A DNA stretch of 44,303 nucleotides from an uncultured Novosphingobium sp. (GTDB taxonomy: Bacteria > Pseudomonadota > Alphaproteobacteria > Sphingomonadales > Sphingomonadaceae): the NCBI GenBank assembly GCA_964658585.1, contig CAZZZX010000001.1, forward strand, positions 1 through 44,303. The letters are read 5' to 3'. Made by a program: the position numbers and the translations under genes. This document shows, piece after piece, positions 19,114-27,184 of this stretch. Position 1 is the first letter of the stretch. Every line of letters starts with the position of its first letter. A model generated the notes under the pieces. It made no database searches. It worked only from the letters and a program-made list of their open reading frames with translations, and had not been told where the DNA came from.

Positions 19114-19159
19114 CACCAGTGACACTTTACCAAGTGGACCTGGTAAAGTGTCACTGGTG
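19114..19159. repeat. Perfect 19-bp inverted repeat (hairpin) directly after the CBASS effector stop
   Basis: CACCAGTGACACTTTACCA-agtggacc-TGGTAAAGTGTCACTGGTG. Confidence 0.85.
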
Positions 19160-19163
19160 TTCT

Positions 19164-20690
19164 TTAGATACCCTCGAACGGCATTGACAGGGACGGAGTA
19201 TAGGACCCCGACCGGTCCGCCTGAAAATCAAACTCATAAAGCGTCAATCGGCCGATCAACGCCTGTCTCTGACCCAAAAAGAACGTAAAGCCATTCGGTG
19301 CGGCAATAAACAGATGGACGAGGCTCCCGCTCTTTCCGGCCTTAGCAGTTCTGATTTTTGTGGTAACATCAGCAGCGAGATCGAAAGCGTGCCGACCGCA
19401 TACTACCGATTGCGCTCCCGACCCGCTTGTCGGACGACATACTAGAACCTGACCAACTTCAGGCAGCGCCTTGGCGACGTAAGCTCGGACATCTGCGGCA
19501 ATTTCGTGGGTCAGGCCAATGGCGATCGCGACATCATTCTTCCCCCCGGCGAGGTCGATTGTCTCAACGTCGAACGTGGGCCAGCTTGCCTCTGGCGGTC
19601 GGTCGTCAGCCGACCAGATTGCCTGCCCAACTGTGCGCTGCTCGATGTCGATTGCTCGACCCGACTTGAGATTCAAGACCGATCCAGCTGCAAAAGCCAG
19701 GCTTGTGTGCGTGTCGAAAACTACCTGGAGCCGCGGCGCGAACGTGGCGGCCGCGGTCAGGAAGCTTTTGAGCGCGGGGTAGAGCTTAACCGACCAGTCA
19801 TGCTCATCGCGGATGAATCGGTCATCAAACTCGGACGTGAGGTCGAGCACTTCGGTGCAGCGGTCCTCCAAAGGGTCGAAGGGATGCTCAAACGATTTGA
19901 CGCCAATGCTGAAGCTACGTCCGGCTTGAGTGGCGAGCAGGCCCTCGCTCACGCATGCCTTCCGGAAGGTGTCGGCATCGAATTCCAAGCGTCCCTGTCC
20001 CATCCATTGAAAGATCAGGTCGTCATAGAAAAAGGCGCTCTCATGGCTGGAAACCCGACGCAGTCCGCTCGAAAGAAAAAGCAGGTCGAGATGATCTCGC
20101 AACTCGTCAAGCGAATGCCAACTGCCGCCGAACGCCAATGCGGGAGCGAAAGCTTCGAGCGCATCCTCGTCGATGCCAAGGTGTTCACGCCAAAGTTTGC
20201 GTACCGCACCCGCTCCGCTATTGTCCGTTTTCGTGGCAAAAAGCCTGTCGACACGGAGCGCGCTCGATCTCGTTCCGACCATCAAGCGCAGTGGATCCTC
20301 CCGACCAATCTGCCAATTCGTAACCAATTTGAAACGCACGCCTGCGGCTCCGGTGGGCAACAGCCCATGCGCTCCGTGCGCTCGCTGAAGGAGCGACTTT
20401 GCATTGGCGTTTATGAATTCCGGGTCGATGAGGTCGGCGTAACCGAATGTGCCGGGGGTGCTGTGCCATTTGCATTGCGCATGTTCGCGTACAAGCGGCG
20501 CACCATATTGGTCACGGCGCGCCCTACCTGGTTGGAAGTCCACCCAGATATCGTCAAAGCTCTTCGGACCGATCTCAAATCCGACCCGCTGAATATCAGT
20601 GTCTGGCAGCAGAAGCCTAGCTGCGCGCAGCCAGAACATCCGGGCCTGAAAAATATCGCCATCGCGTCGGATCGTGACCGCTTGCGTCAT
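19164..20690 (-). CDS. CBASS effector: Cap4-like PD-(D/E)xK endonuclease + SAVED cyclic-oligonucleotide sensor
   Basis: N-terminal GDIFQ...FDDIWV...AQCK nuclease-type motif; C-terminal SAVED signature VHLFIAAPNGFTFFLGQ...LYEF; last gene of the CBASS operon. Confidence 0.85.
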   Translation of the reverse strand: MTQAVTIRRDGDIFQARMFWLRAARLLLPDTDIQRVGFEIGPKSFDDIWVDFQPGRARRDQYGAPLVREHAQCKWHSTPGTFGYADLIDPEFINANAKSLLQRAHGAHGLLPTGAAGVRFKLVTNWQIGREDPLRLMVGTRSSALRVDRLFATKTDNSGAGAVRKLWREHLGIDEDALEAFAPALAFGGSWHSLDELRDHLDLLFLSSGLRRVSSHESAFFYDDLIFQWMGQGRLEFDADTFRKACVSEGLLATQAGRSFSIGVKSFEHPFDPLEDRCTEVLDLTSEFDDRFIRDEHDWSVKLYPALKSFLTAAATFAPRLQVVFDTHTSLAFAAGSVLNLKSGRAIDIEQRTVGQAIWSADDRPPEASWPTFDVETIDLAGGKNDVAIAIGLTHEIAADVRAYVAKALPEVGQVLVCRPTSGSGAQSVVCGRHAFDLAADVTTKIRTAKAGKSGSLVHLFIAAPNGFTFFLGQRQALIGRLTLYEFDFQADRSGSYTPSLSMPFEGI

Positions 20691-20701
20691 CGCTGTTCAG
20701 C

Positions 20702-21640
20702 TCAGACCGTACTGTCACGGAAGGGTGGTGTGGGTTCGATCGTGCGTGCTACCGCCAACGCGCCTGTCCCGTCGATCTTCCGGTGCGGGTAGGCGTCGAG
20801 CACGATCGACGGAAGCAATCGCTGTGTCAGATCCGAGAAAGTGAATCCGGCCTTGCCCTTCTGTGGACCTGTCGTTGCCACAAGCTGTTCGATTTGACCG
20901 GAAAGTAGGCCTAGCGGCTGCAATCTCGAGGTCAGAATATGCCGGCGCTGATCATCGTTGGGCCGCGCGAATTCTAAGATGTCCGCTGCACGCCGACGGA
21001 TGGCGGGGTCGAGAGCGTTCAATCGATTGGTGCACATGATCACTGCCGCCGGAAGCTTGCCGTTCGCAATTCGGTCGATCCCGCGAATGAACGCGTTTAC
21101 GCCAGCGCGGTCCTCATGGTGCATCTGGGTGGATTCCCGGGATTGGGCGAGGGCGTCCGCTTCATCGACCAGCAGGATAACAGCTCCGCGAGATCGGCCT
21201 GTGGCTGATTTAAGCTTGCTTGCCTCAGAGACGGTATAATCGAAGGCTGCGGCCACCAGCTGGGTCATCTCGCCGACCCGTCCTTGACCTCGCGCAGCAA
21301 GGCTCAGCGGGAGCAGAGTGATGTCGATGCCCTCCTGGCGCGCGACAGCGTCGCCAATCGTCTCAGCGAGTTCGGTTTTGCCGGAACCGACGTCACCGGC
21401 GAGCACGATCAACGGCGGCCGTCTCAAGACGGTGTCGAGCAATTGCTCGGCACCGGGATGATTTTTTGCCGCCCAGCTTTCGAGCCCGGCCGGGTTGACC
21501 AACAGACCAAGGATCTTGGTCAACCTTGTCTTCTGCGCGTCAAGGCCGACAAGCCGCGCCAGCCGGGCTTGCGGATCGAAATCGGGATAGGTGATTCGCC
21601 GTTCGAACAGCTGATCAAAATTGGGCTTATCAGTCATCAA
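20702..21640 (-). CDS. cap6: CBASS TRIP13/Pch2-like AAA+ ATPase Cap6
   Basis: Walker A GDVGSGKT, Walker B LLVDEAD, QMHHED, TNR..LDPAIRRR; follows the HORMA gene. Confidence 0.9.
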   Translation of the reverse strand: MMTDKPNFDQLFERRITYPDFDPQARLARLVGLDAQKTRLTKILGLLVNPAGLESWAAKNHPGAEQLLDTVLRRPPLIVLAGDVGSGKTELAETIGDAVARQEGIDITLLPLSLAARGQGRVGEMTQLVAAAFDYTVSEASKLKSATGRSRGAVILLVDEADALAQSRESTQMHHEDRAGVNAFIRGIDRIANGKLPAAVIMCTNRLNALDPAIRRRAADILEFARPNDDQRRHILTSRLQPLGLLSGQIEQLVATTGPQKGKAGFTFSDLTQRLLPSIVLDAYPHRKIDGTGALAVARTIEPTPPFRDSTV

Positions 21641-22152
21641 TAGCTCCTCACGGTGGACCTGCCGAGTGACCGTCCGCCAGCGGAATATGTACGATCCGCT
21701 TCGAGATAGCCGCTGATTGCCGGTTGCGCGGCCCCGCCACGATAGAGGGGCAGCGATTTCTTGAAGGCGTCGCGCTTATCTGCGGTGAGCGCATCCCATG
21801 CGGCGGTATAAGTGAGATAGCTGTAGAAGCTGGCGCCGGAGACGTCCTTGCCCGGTTTGATCTTGCCGGGATCGTCATCAAGCGCGGATCCACCCATCAG
21901 ATCTTTGTCGGTGTAGATTAAGGTCGGCTCAATCCAGCTACCGTTGCGATGGAAGCCGTAGCTGACGGTTCCGAGATAGCCGGCTTTCATCAGCGCGACC
22001 ACTTCCGCCTCATAGGTGAGAATATCACTGTCGCTCGGCGAACCGTAAAGGCGCTGCATCCGCTTCAGGTCGGCCGCCACCTTCGCTGCCATATGCCGGG
22101 CATGGGTAACGGTGAAGCTCTCAGTCGCGCTGATCGTATAGCTGGAAGCCAT
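21637..22152 (-). CDS. cap7: CBASS HORMA-domain protein Cap7
   Basis: MASSYT...FTVTHARHMAAKVAADLKRMQRLYGSP...DDDPGKIKPGKDVSGASFYS...YSAGGRSL.R; closely resembles the E. coli CBASS HORMA protein as recalled. Confidence 0.9.
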   Translation of the reverse strand: MASSYTISATESFTVTHARHMAAKVAADLKRMQRLYGSPSDSDILTYEAEVVALMKAGYLGTVSYGFHRNGSWIEPTLIYTDKDLMGGSALDDDPGKIKPGKDVSGASFYSYLTYTAAWDALTADKRDAFKKSLPLYRGGAAQPAISGYLEADRTYSAGGRSLGRSTVRSY

Positions 22153-22157
22153 GGGCG

Positions 22158-23123
22158 TTACACCTGAAATGAAGGACCGAAGACCTTCTGCCAATAATAG
22201 AGGGTTTCCTGTTTGGTCGGCGCGTAGAGCGCGGAGTCGATAGCGTCGCCCGCTTCGAGCGCCGCTTCGACGATCGCCGCGATGTTCGCGGACGTATAGA
22301 GTCGGCTCACATTGTTGATCTCGTTGACCGGATCAATGATCTGCATCGGCTCGCTGAAGCTGCCGAGCTTCGACGCCGGGTAATAGTCGGTGAAGCTGAT
22401 TTTTTCGCGCAGACCGCTGGTGGCGATGTAGGTGAAGAAATGCTGGAGCGCGTCGGGATAATCCGAAAGGTCGAGCCCCTGATCACACAGCTTGGCCATA
22501 ATCAGTTCGATCATGAACGATTTGAACCGGAAGCCATCCTGTTCAGCCTTCATCCGGCGCGCCCAAAATTTGATGAGGCGGACAACCTGCGAGAAATGCT
22601 TCTCCTGCGCCTTTTTGCGCTTCGAGCAGAAGTCGAGATGGAGCGGAATGCTAGTTTTGAGGAATGAGCCGTCGTCCTGGCTGACAAGGTTGCCATACCA
22701 GCTGGGGTCACCGTCATAGAGGATGGGTACGATGTCGACATCGAGACCGGAGCCACGGAAGGAGACAGTGACGCTGTAGGTTTGCGGTGTCACCTGATCG
22801 GCCGTGAAGTTCGGAAAAGCTTTGCGAAGCCGCTCAGCGAGGTAGGAGAGTAGTTCGGATACCTTGTGCGGCGCGTCGGCGCCCGAGATGTAACATGCGA
22901 CGTCGATGTCGTTGAGCGACCGCAGGGCCGTCCCCTTTGCGAGGCTACCCGAAAGCTGCATGCGCTTGAGGGTGAAATCAGGATGATCGCTGACATAGCT
23001 TTCAAGGCGCTCGCGCAACCGCCGGGCTTGCGCGCGATATTCATCAGCTTTGTCCTTCGGCAAATTGACCTTGTCCTGCGCGAACGCGGCGATCTCACGG
23101 TGGTTCACATGCTCGCGGGACAC
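22158..23123 (-). CDS. cdnC: CBASS cGAS/DncV-like nucleotidyltransferase (CdnC-like, probable cyclic tri-AMP synthase)
   Basis: SGSLAKGTALRSLNDIDV nucleotidyltransferase motif, DVDIVP, FKSFMIEL, DPVN..NNV, WQKVFG. Start GTG 23123 has SD AAGGAG. Confidence 0.92.
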   Translation of the reverse strand: MSREHVNHREIAAFAQDKVNLPKDKADEYRAQARRLRERLESYVSDHPDFTLKRMQLSGSLAKGTALRSLNDIDVACYISGADAPHKVSELLSYLAERLRKAFPNFTADQVTPQTYSVTVSFRGSGLDVDIVPILYDGDPSWYGNLVSQDDGSFLKTSIPLHLDFCSKRKKAQEKHFSQVVRLIKFWARRMKAEQDGFRFKSFMIELIMAKLCDQGLDLSDYPDALQHFFTYIATSGLREKISFTDYYPASKLGSFSEPMQIIDPVNEINNVSRLYTSANIAAIVEAALEAGDAIDSALYAPTKQETLYYWQKVFGPSFQV

Positions 23124-23165
23124 AAAATTCTCCTTACGGCCACGACTCATTGGCCAGTTTCAGCG

Positions 23166-23194
23166 TATGTAGCAGCTAGTTTTTGGCTATGCAA
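23166..23194 (-). promoter_or_regulatory. Candidate sigma70 promoter of the CBASS operon
   Basis: Minus strand TTGCAT-N17-TACATA upstream of cdnC. Confidence 0.45.
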
Positions 23195-23217
23195 TGCATC
23201 TAAATTAGCTGTTAATC

Positions 23218-23246
23218 GTTGACAGGCTATGGAGCTTTATCTATAT
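23218..23246 (+). promoter_or_regulatory. Candidate sigma70 promoter of the RHH-GNAT-HTH-peptidase operon
   Basis: GTTGAC-N17-CTATAT, near-perfect match to the rhizobial CTTGAC-N17-CTATAT consensus; SD GGAGG at 23262. Confidence 0.6.
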
Positions 23247-23268
23247 GGAATGCAGGCGGTTGGAGGAT

Positions 23269-23484
23269 ATGGTGGTGATCAAGCGAACGATGACGCTCAA
23301 TCTCACTGACGCCGAAATGCGCGTCCTTGATGATCTATCGGAACGAAAGGATCTGTCGAAGACGGCCGTGCTTCGACAGGCGCTACGCTTATATCAGGCC
23401 ATCGACGTGCGCGTGGAAAAGGGCGATAAGCTCGTTTTCGAGAATGACGTCACGCGTGAGAAAGCTGAGCTGATGCTGGTCTGA
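23269..23484 (+). CDS. Ribbon-helix-helix (CopG/Arc-like) protein
   Basis: KRTMTLNL strand followed by two helices (DAEMRVLDDLSERK, SKTAVLRQALRLYQ); start at ATG 23269 or GTG 23272/23275. Confidence 0.8.
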   Translation: MVVIKRTMTLNLTDAEMRVLDDLSERKDLSKTAVLRQALRLYQAIDVRVEKGDKLVFENDVTREKAELMLV

Positions 23485-24101
23485 TGGTCGATATATCGAC
23501 TATCTATTTGACGATCGGCGGCACCGACGATTCGGTGGAGGCCGAGTTGCGTGATGCGATCGAGCCTCAGCAGCTCGCCGATTGGAAATTGCTATGGCAG
23601 CCAGCTTTGATCGACGTACTCAAACAACGCTACCAGGCGAGCGGTTTTAAGGACTTCCCCGAGAACTGGCACTGGGACTGGCAGGGCAAAATGGCCGCCG
23701 TCGCCGGACTCCTTGCGTATCAAGGGTTTTCTGTCGTGTTGGGCGGTGAAACCCAGGGGCTGAGCCGTGTCGATCTGACGGGACACGGACGTGAGTCATC
23801 CCAGGTCGGCAAACCAATCGTTTATGTCGATTATCTGGAGGTCGCGCCTTGGAACAGGCGCGACCTTGGCTTCGACCCTCCCCGCTATGGCGGCGTGGGA
23901 AGCGCTTTGCTGGTGGCGGCTGTCGCGCTCAGCGAAGGCGAGGGTTTTCACGGTCGCGTTGGACTGCATTCGCTGCCGCGCGCCGATGACTTCTATCGCA
24001 AATGTGGTTTTTCGGATCTTGGCCCAGATTCGACTGTTCAGAACTTACGCTATTTCGAGATTACCGCGGAGCGGGCCCGGGCGTTCCTCGAGAAGGAGTG
24101 A
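23484..24101 (+). CDS. GNAT-family N-acetyltransferase
   Basis: VYVDYLEVAPWNR, acetyl-CoA loop RYGGVGSALL, LHSLP.A..FYRKCGF; TGATG overlap with the RHH gene. Confidence 0.85.
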   Translation: MVDISTIYLTIGGTDDSVEAELRDAIEPQQLADWKLLWQPALIDVLKQRYQASGFKDFPENWHWDWQGKMAAVAGLLAYQGFSVVLGGETQGLSRVDLTGHGRESSQVGKPIVYVDYLEVAPWNRRDLGFDPPRYGGVGSALLVAAVALSEGEGFHGRVGLHSLPRADDFYRKCGFSDLGPDSTVQNLRYFEITAERARAFLEKE

Positions 24102-24106
24102 CGAAA

Positions 24107-24601
24107 ATGAAACTGGAGCGAAGCAAGGAATGGTGGCTCGCACGTGCTCGCTGCGAGGGTGAAACTGTGCCTGGTGCCGGTCCTTTGGCCTTCGACCCCG
24201 TGCCGGACGAACGATCTGCCGCCGCAGTGGTACCCGAGGAAAATAGGATTGCTTTCGGCAAGTTCGTCAACATGATGCGGCGGCGCCAAGGCCTTTCGAT
24301 CGAGCAGTTCGCAGACGCCTCCGATTTGGACGCAAGAGAGCTTCTCGTTATTGAAGATGATCTGCATTATGTGCCGCCTCCGCGGACGGTCTTTAAGCTG
24401 GCTCAAATATTCAAGGTGCCTCAACCCCGGCTTATGCAGCTTGCCGGTCTAACCGTTGCGAACGATCAGGGATTAAGCGATGAAGCCGTGCGGTTCGCCG
24501 CACGGTCCGAGGCGGTACAGAGGTTGTCGCGTGAGGAGAGTGCGGCGCTCGAAGCATTTGTCGCAGTGTTAAGCAAACAGGAGCACCCGCGTCCGACGTG
24601 A
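24107..24601 (+). CDS. XRE-family HTH regulator (CapH/ImmR-like) with N-terminal extension
   Basis: FGKFVNMMRRRQGLSIEQFADAS...IE...P...VFKLAQIFKV....LMQLAG; SD AAGGAG before ATG 24107. Confidence 0.85.
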   Translation: MKLERSKEWWLARARCEGETVPGAGPLAFDPVPDERSAAAVVPEENRIAFGKFVNMMRRRQGLSIEQFADASDLDARELLVIEDDLHYVPPPRTVFKLAQIFKVPQPRLMQLAGLTVANDQGLSDEAVRFAARSEAVQRLSREESAALEAFVAVLSKQEHPRPT

Positions 24602-25527
24602 AGAATGTTAGCCTCGATTCACGCACCGTTCGGGATATCGATGACCAGGTCGCCAAAGTGCTGCGTGGCCTGGGAAATCCTGCGCCGCCGCTTGATCTGA
24701 GAATGGTCCGCGAGCTGTTGAAGCTCGATCGCGGTTATTACAGCACTACCGACGATGGCTTGCTGCGGGAGGTCTTCTCAAAGCTGAAGGTCGCCGGAAT
24801 TCAGGTACTGAAGCGACCTACCCTGCTTCGTGATGCGGTACGTGAGCTCAGTTTGAAGGCGCTCTATCTTCCCGATCAGAAGCGCATCCTGCTCGATAAA
24901 GATCTGCCGATCCTCAAGCACCGCTGGAATGAAGCCCATGAGGTTGGTCACGACATCATCCCGTGGCACGAAGGCATGATGTTGGGCGACACCGAGCAAA
25001 CTTTGACCCCGGCTTGCCATGAAATCATGGAGGCGGAGGCCAATTACGCGGCGGGCCAACTCTTGTTTCTCTCCGATCAGTTTTTGACCGAAGCAGCGTC
25101 CGAGGAGCCGACCATCAACTTCGTCAAGCGGTTGAGTGGTCGCTTTGGCAACACGATCACTTCAACAATGTGGCGGCTAATCGAACAGGCGCATCGCGAC
25201 CGACCGCTGGTGGCGCTAGTTAGCGCGCATCCGCATCCGGCCCGCCGGAAAGCATCGTTCGATGCCGCAAACCCCTGCCGCTATTGCATCCAGTCTCCCC
25301 TGTTCCGGCAGAGATTCGGCGGCTTTTCTGAAGTCGAGCTTTTCGCGATCTCGGCAGGCTATGCAGGAGCGCAGCGCGCGGGCCCCCTGGGCGAGAGTGA
25401 AGTTGCGCTGCGCGATCTCAATGGTGGCCGCCACAGCTTTCGCTTCGAAACCTTCTTCAACGGGCATGAAGCGCTGACGATCGGGACTTGGCAACGCGAA
25501 CTGGAAATCAGCGTATCGCTTGCGTAG
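24598..25527 (+). CDS. ImmA/IrrE-family Zn metallopeptidase (CapP-like)
   Basis: RWNEAHEVGH (HExxH) plus EAEANYAAGQLL third ligand; GTGA overlap with the HTH gene. Confidence 0.88.
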   Translation: MKNVSLDSRTVRDIDDQVAKVLRGLGNPAPPLDLRMVRELLKLDRGYYSTTDDGLLREVFSKLKVAGIQVLKRPTLLRDAVRELSLKALYLPDQKRILLDKDLPILKHRWNEAHEVGHDIIPWHEGMMLGDTEQTLTPACHEIMEAEANYAAGQLLFLSDQFLTEAASEEPTINFVKRLSGRFGNTITSTMWRLIEQAHRDRPLVALVSAHPHPARRKASFDAANPCRYCIQSPLFRQRFGGFSEVELFAISAGYAGAQRAGPLGESEVALRDLNGGRHSFRFETFFNGHEALTIGTWQRELEISVSLA

Positions 25528-25565
25528 CATGCCGCACTTCCGATCTCTCGATCGCATCACACCAT

Positions 25566-26807
25566 CTATACGATCTTCGCCATGAGGCGCCCCGCCGCGC
25601 CATGTTCCGCGGCGAGGTTACGATTATAGGCGAGCGGCATCCGTGGCGATTTCCACCGCAAAGCGTCCATTATTCCCGCCAAATCCTCGCCACTCGCGAA
25701 CAGGTCCTGATTGAGCCCGATCCGCGTAGAGTGCGCGCTGATCCCCTTGAGCAAGCGGGCCAGATCTTCGGCCGTAAGATCGGGCAAAGCACCGCGATCG
25801 AACGCTCGCTGGATGATGGACCGGAAGATCGGCCCGATCGATCCCGGATGCAGCGCAACGGCACCGATGTCATATTCGACGCGCGCCTTCACCGCCGGCT
25901 TGGAGAGCGTCTTGCGCAGATCCCACGTCTCCCGTCCGGAGATGCTGTCGATCGGCCGACCGCGCACCGCAGCGCGGGCTTTGTAGCGCCGCACCTGCAC
26001 CCGCCGGAACAGCGGCCCCGACGTGATCTCTGCCGCTTCGGTCCAGGCCGCGATCGCCGCGACCGTGCGCGGACTGAGGTAGGCGGTCGCCCCCTCCCCG
26101 TCCTGATCGCCTTTGCTACGCAGGATCTGTAGCAGACGCGCTTCGGGATCGATCGCTTCCTCGATATGCTCGACCGCGACCGCCACCAGCTCGGAGGCGC
26201 GCAGCCCGGTGTCATAGGCGGCCGACAGCAGCGCCCGATCGCGCAGCCCCGGCAGATCATCGCCGCAGCTCTCGAGCAGCGCGCGGATATTGAGCCCGCG
26301 CGCCTTGTCGCGCTCGACGTCGCGCACGGGGCCCTTAAACCGCAAAGGTCGCGCCTGCTTCTGCGCTGTGCCCTTCTCCCGTCGCACCGCTGCGAGCCGA
26401 AGCTTCACCAGGGGTGCTGACGTCGGATCCTTGAGGTCGAGTAGCTGGTGGATCTTGGCGATCGACGCCTTGTAGCGACCGAGCGAGGCAGGCTTGCTCC
26501 CCTTCCCTGCCCGCGCATCGAGATAATCGGCAACGGTCTCGGCCGCCGCCGGCAGCGCGATCCGGTTCATACGCCGGCACCAGGCATCGAACGCTTCGAC
26601 GTCCAATTTCAACGCTCGGATGCTGTGGGGCGACGACGAACGCTGGTAGGCGGCGATGAGCGCCTCGTTGATGACTATGCGCTCGCCGGCGCGCATCTGC
26701 ACAATCGACCAGGCGAGGTCACTCTGCGCCGCAATGGCCGGCAGGGCCGCCTCCGACTGCGCTACAGCGGTTTCTTGCCCTTCCAAGGCGGTTTCGATGC
26801 CCATCAC
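25566..26807 (-). CDS. Tyrosine recombinase/integrase (plasmid resolvase type)
   Basis: RDRALL...TGLRASEL, RSKGDQ, HSTR, RW.S..M...Y. Start GTG 26807 or ATG 26804 with SD AGGAG at 26820-26816. Confidence 0.9.
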   Translation of the reverse strand: MMGIETALEGQETAVAQSEAALPAIAAQSDLAWSIVQMRAGERIVINEALIAAYQRSSSPHSIRALKLDVEAFDAWCRRMNRIALPAAAETVADYLDARAGKGSKPASLGRYKASIAKIHQLLDLKDPTSAPLVKLRLAAVRREKGTAQKQARPLRFKGPVRDVERDKARGLNIRALLESCGDDLPGLRDRALLSAAYDTGLRASELVAVAVEHIEEAIDPEARLLQILRSKGDQDGEGATAYLSPRTVAAIAAWTEAAEITSGPLFRRVQVRRYKARAAVRGRPIDSISGRETWDLRKTLSKPAVKARVEYDIGAVALHPGSIGPIFRSIIQRAFDRGALPDLTAEDLARLLKGISAHSTRIGLNQDLFASGEDLAGIMDALRWKSPRMPLAYNRNLAAEHGAAGRLMAKIV

Positions 26808-26846
26808 GCGCCACGCTCCTCGGCGGAGCTTGTAACGCACCTTATA

Positions 26847-26884
26847 GGGGTCGGTACATAGAACGGACCCAGATATACGCTAAG
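26847..26884 (+). repeat. Tn3-family left inverted repeat
   Basis: GGGGTCGGTACATAGAACGGACCCAGATATACGCTAAG. Confidence 0.95.
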
Positions 26885-27184
26885 CGCCGACAGGTCTGCT
26901 TGAGTGTCCGAAAACACCCGTTTGTCGCGCATCTGCGATGGCGATAGGGTTTTCCGTCATCCCTGGTGCCTAGCGACGACTTTTGGGACAAAGCCGTCGT
27001 AGCAAGCTCAGCCACATTGAGTCGATCTACGGGAAAGGCTGTCTTGCACTCGGCGCCTCTTGCGCGACGGCATGGCGATCGCTCCCCCCGTCTAGAAAGG
27101 GATAGGCTATCGAAAGAGTCTGGGTGACATCGTCCAGCCAAACGATCAATTTCGCTATTGATTTCATCATGGTAGGCCGCTTGC

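Noticed and set aside
19506-20792. 428-aa plus-strand ORF
   Set aside because: Antisense to the SAVED effector, with no motifs
25566-26807. Integron integrase interpretation
   Set aside because: I could not recognise IntI-specific motifs or attC sites; the context (divergent HTH gene, core site) fits a plasmid resolvase
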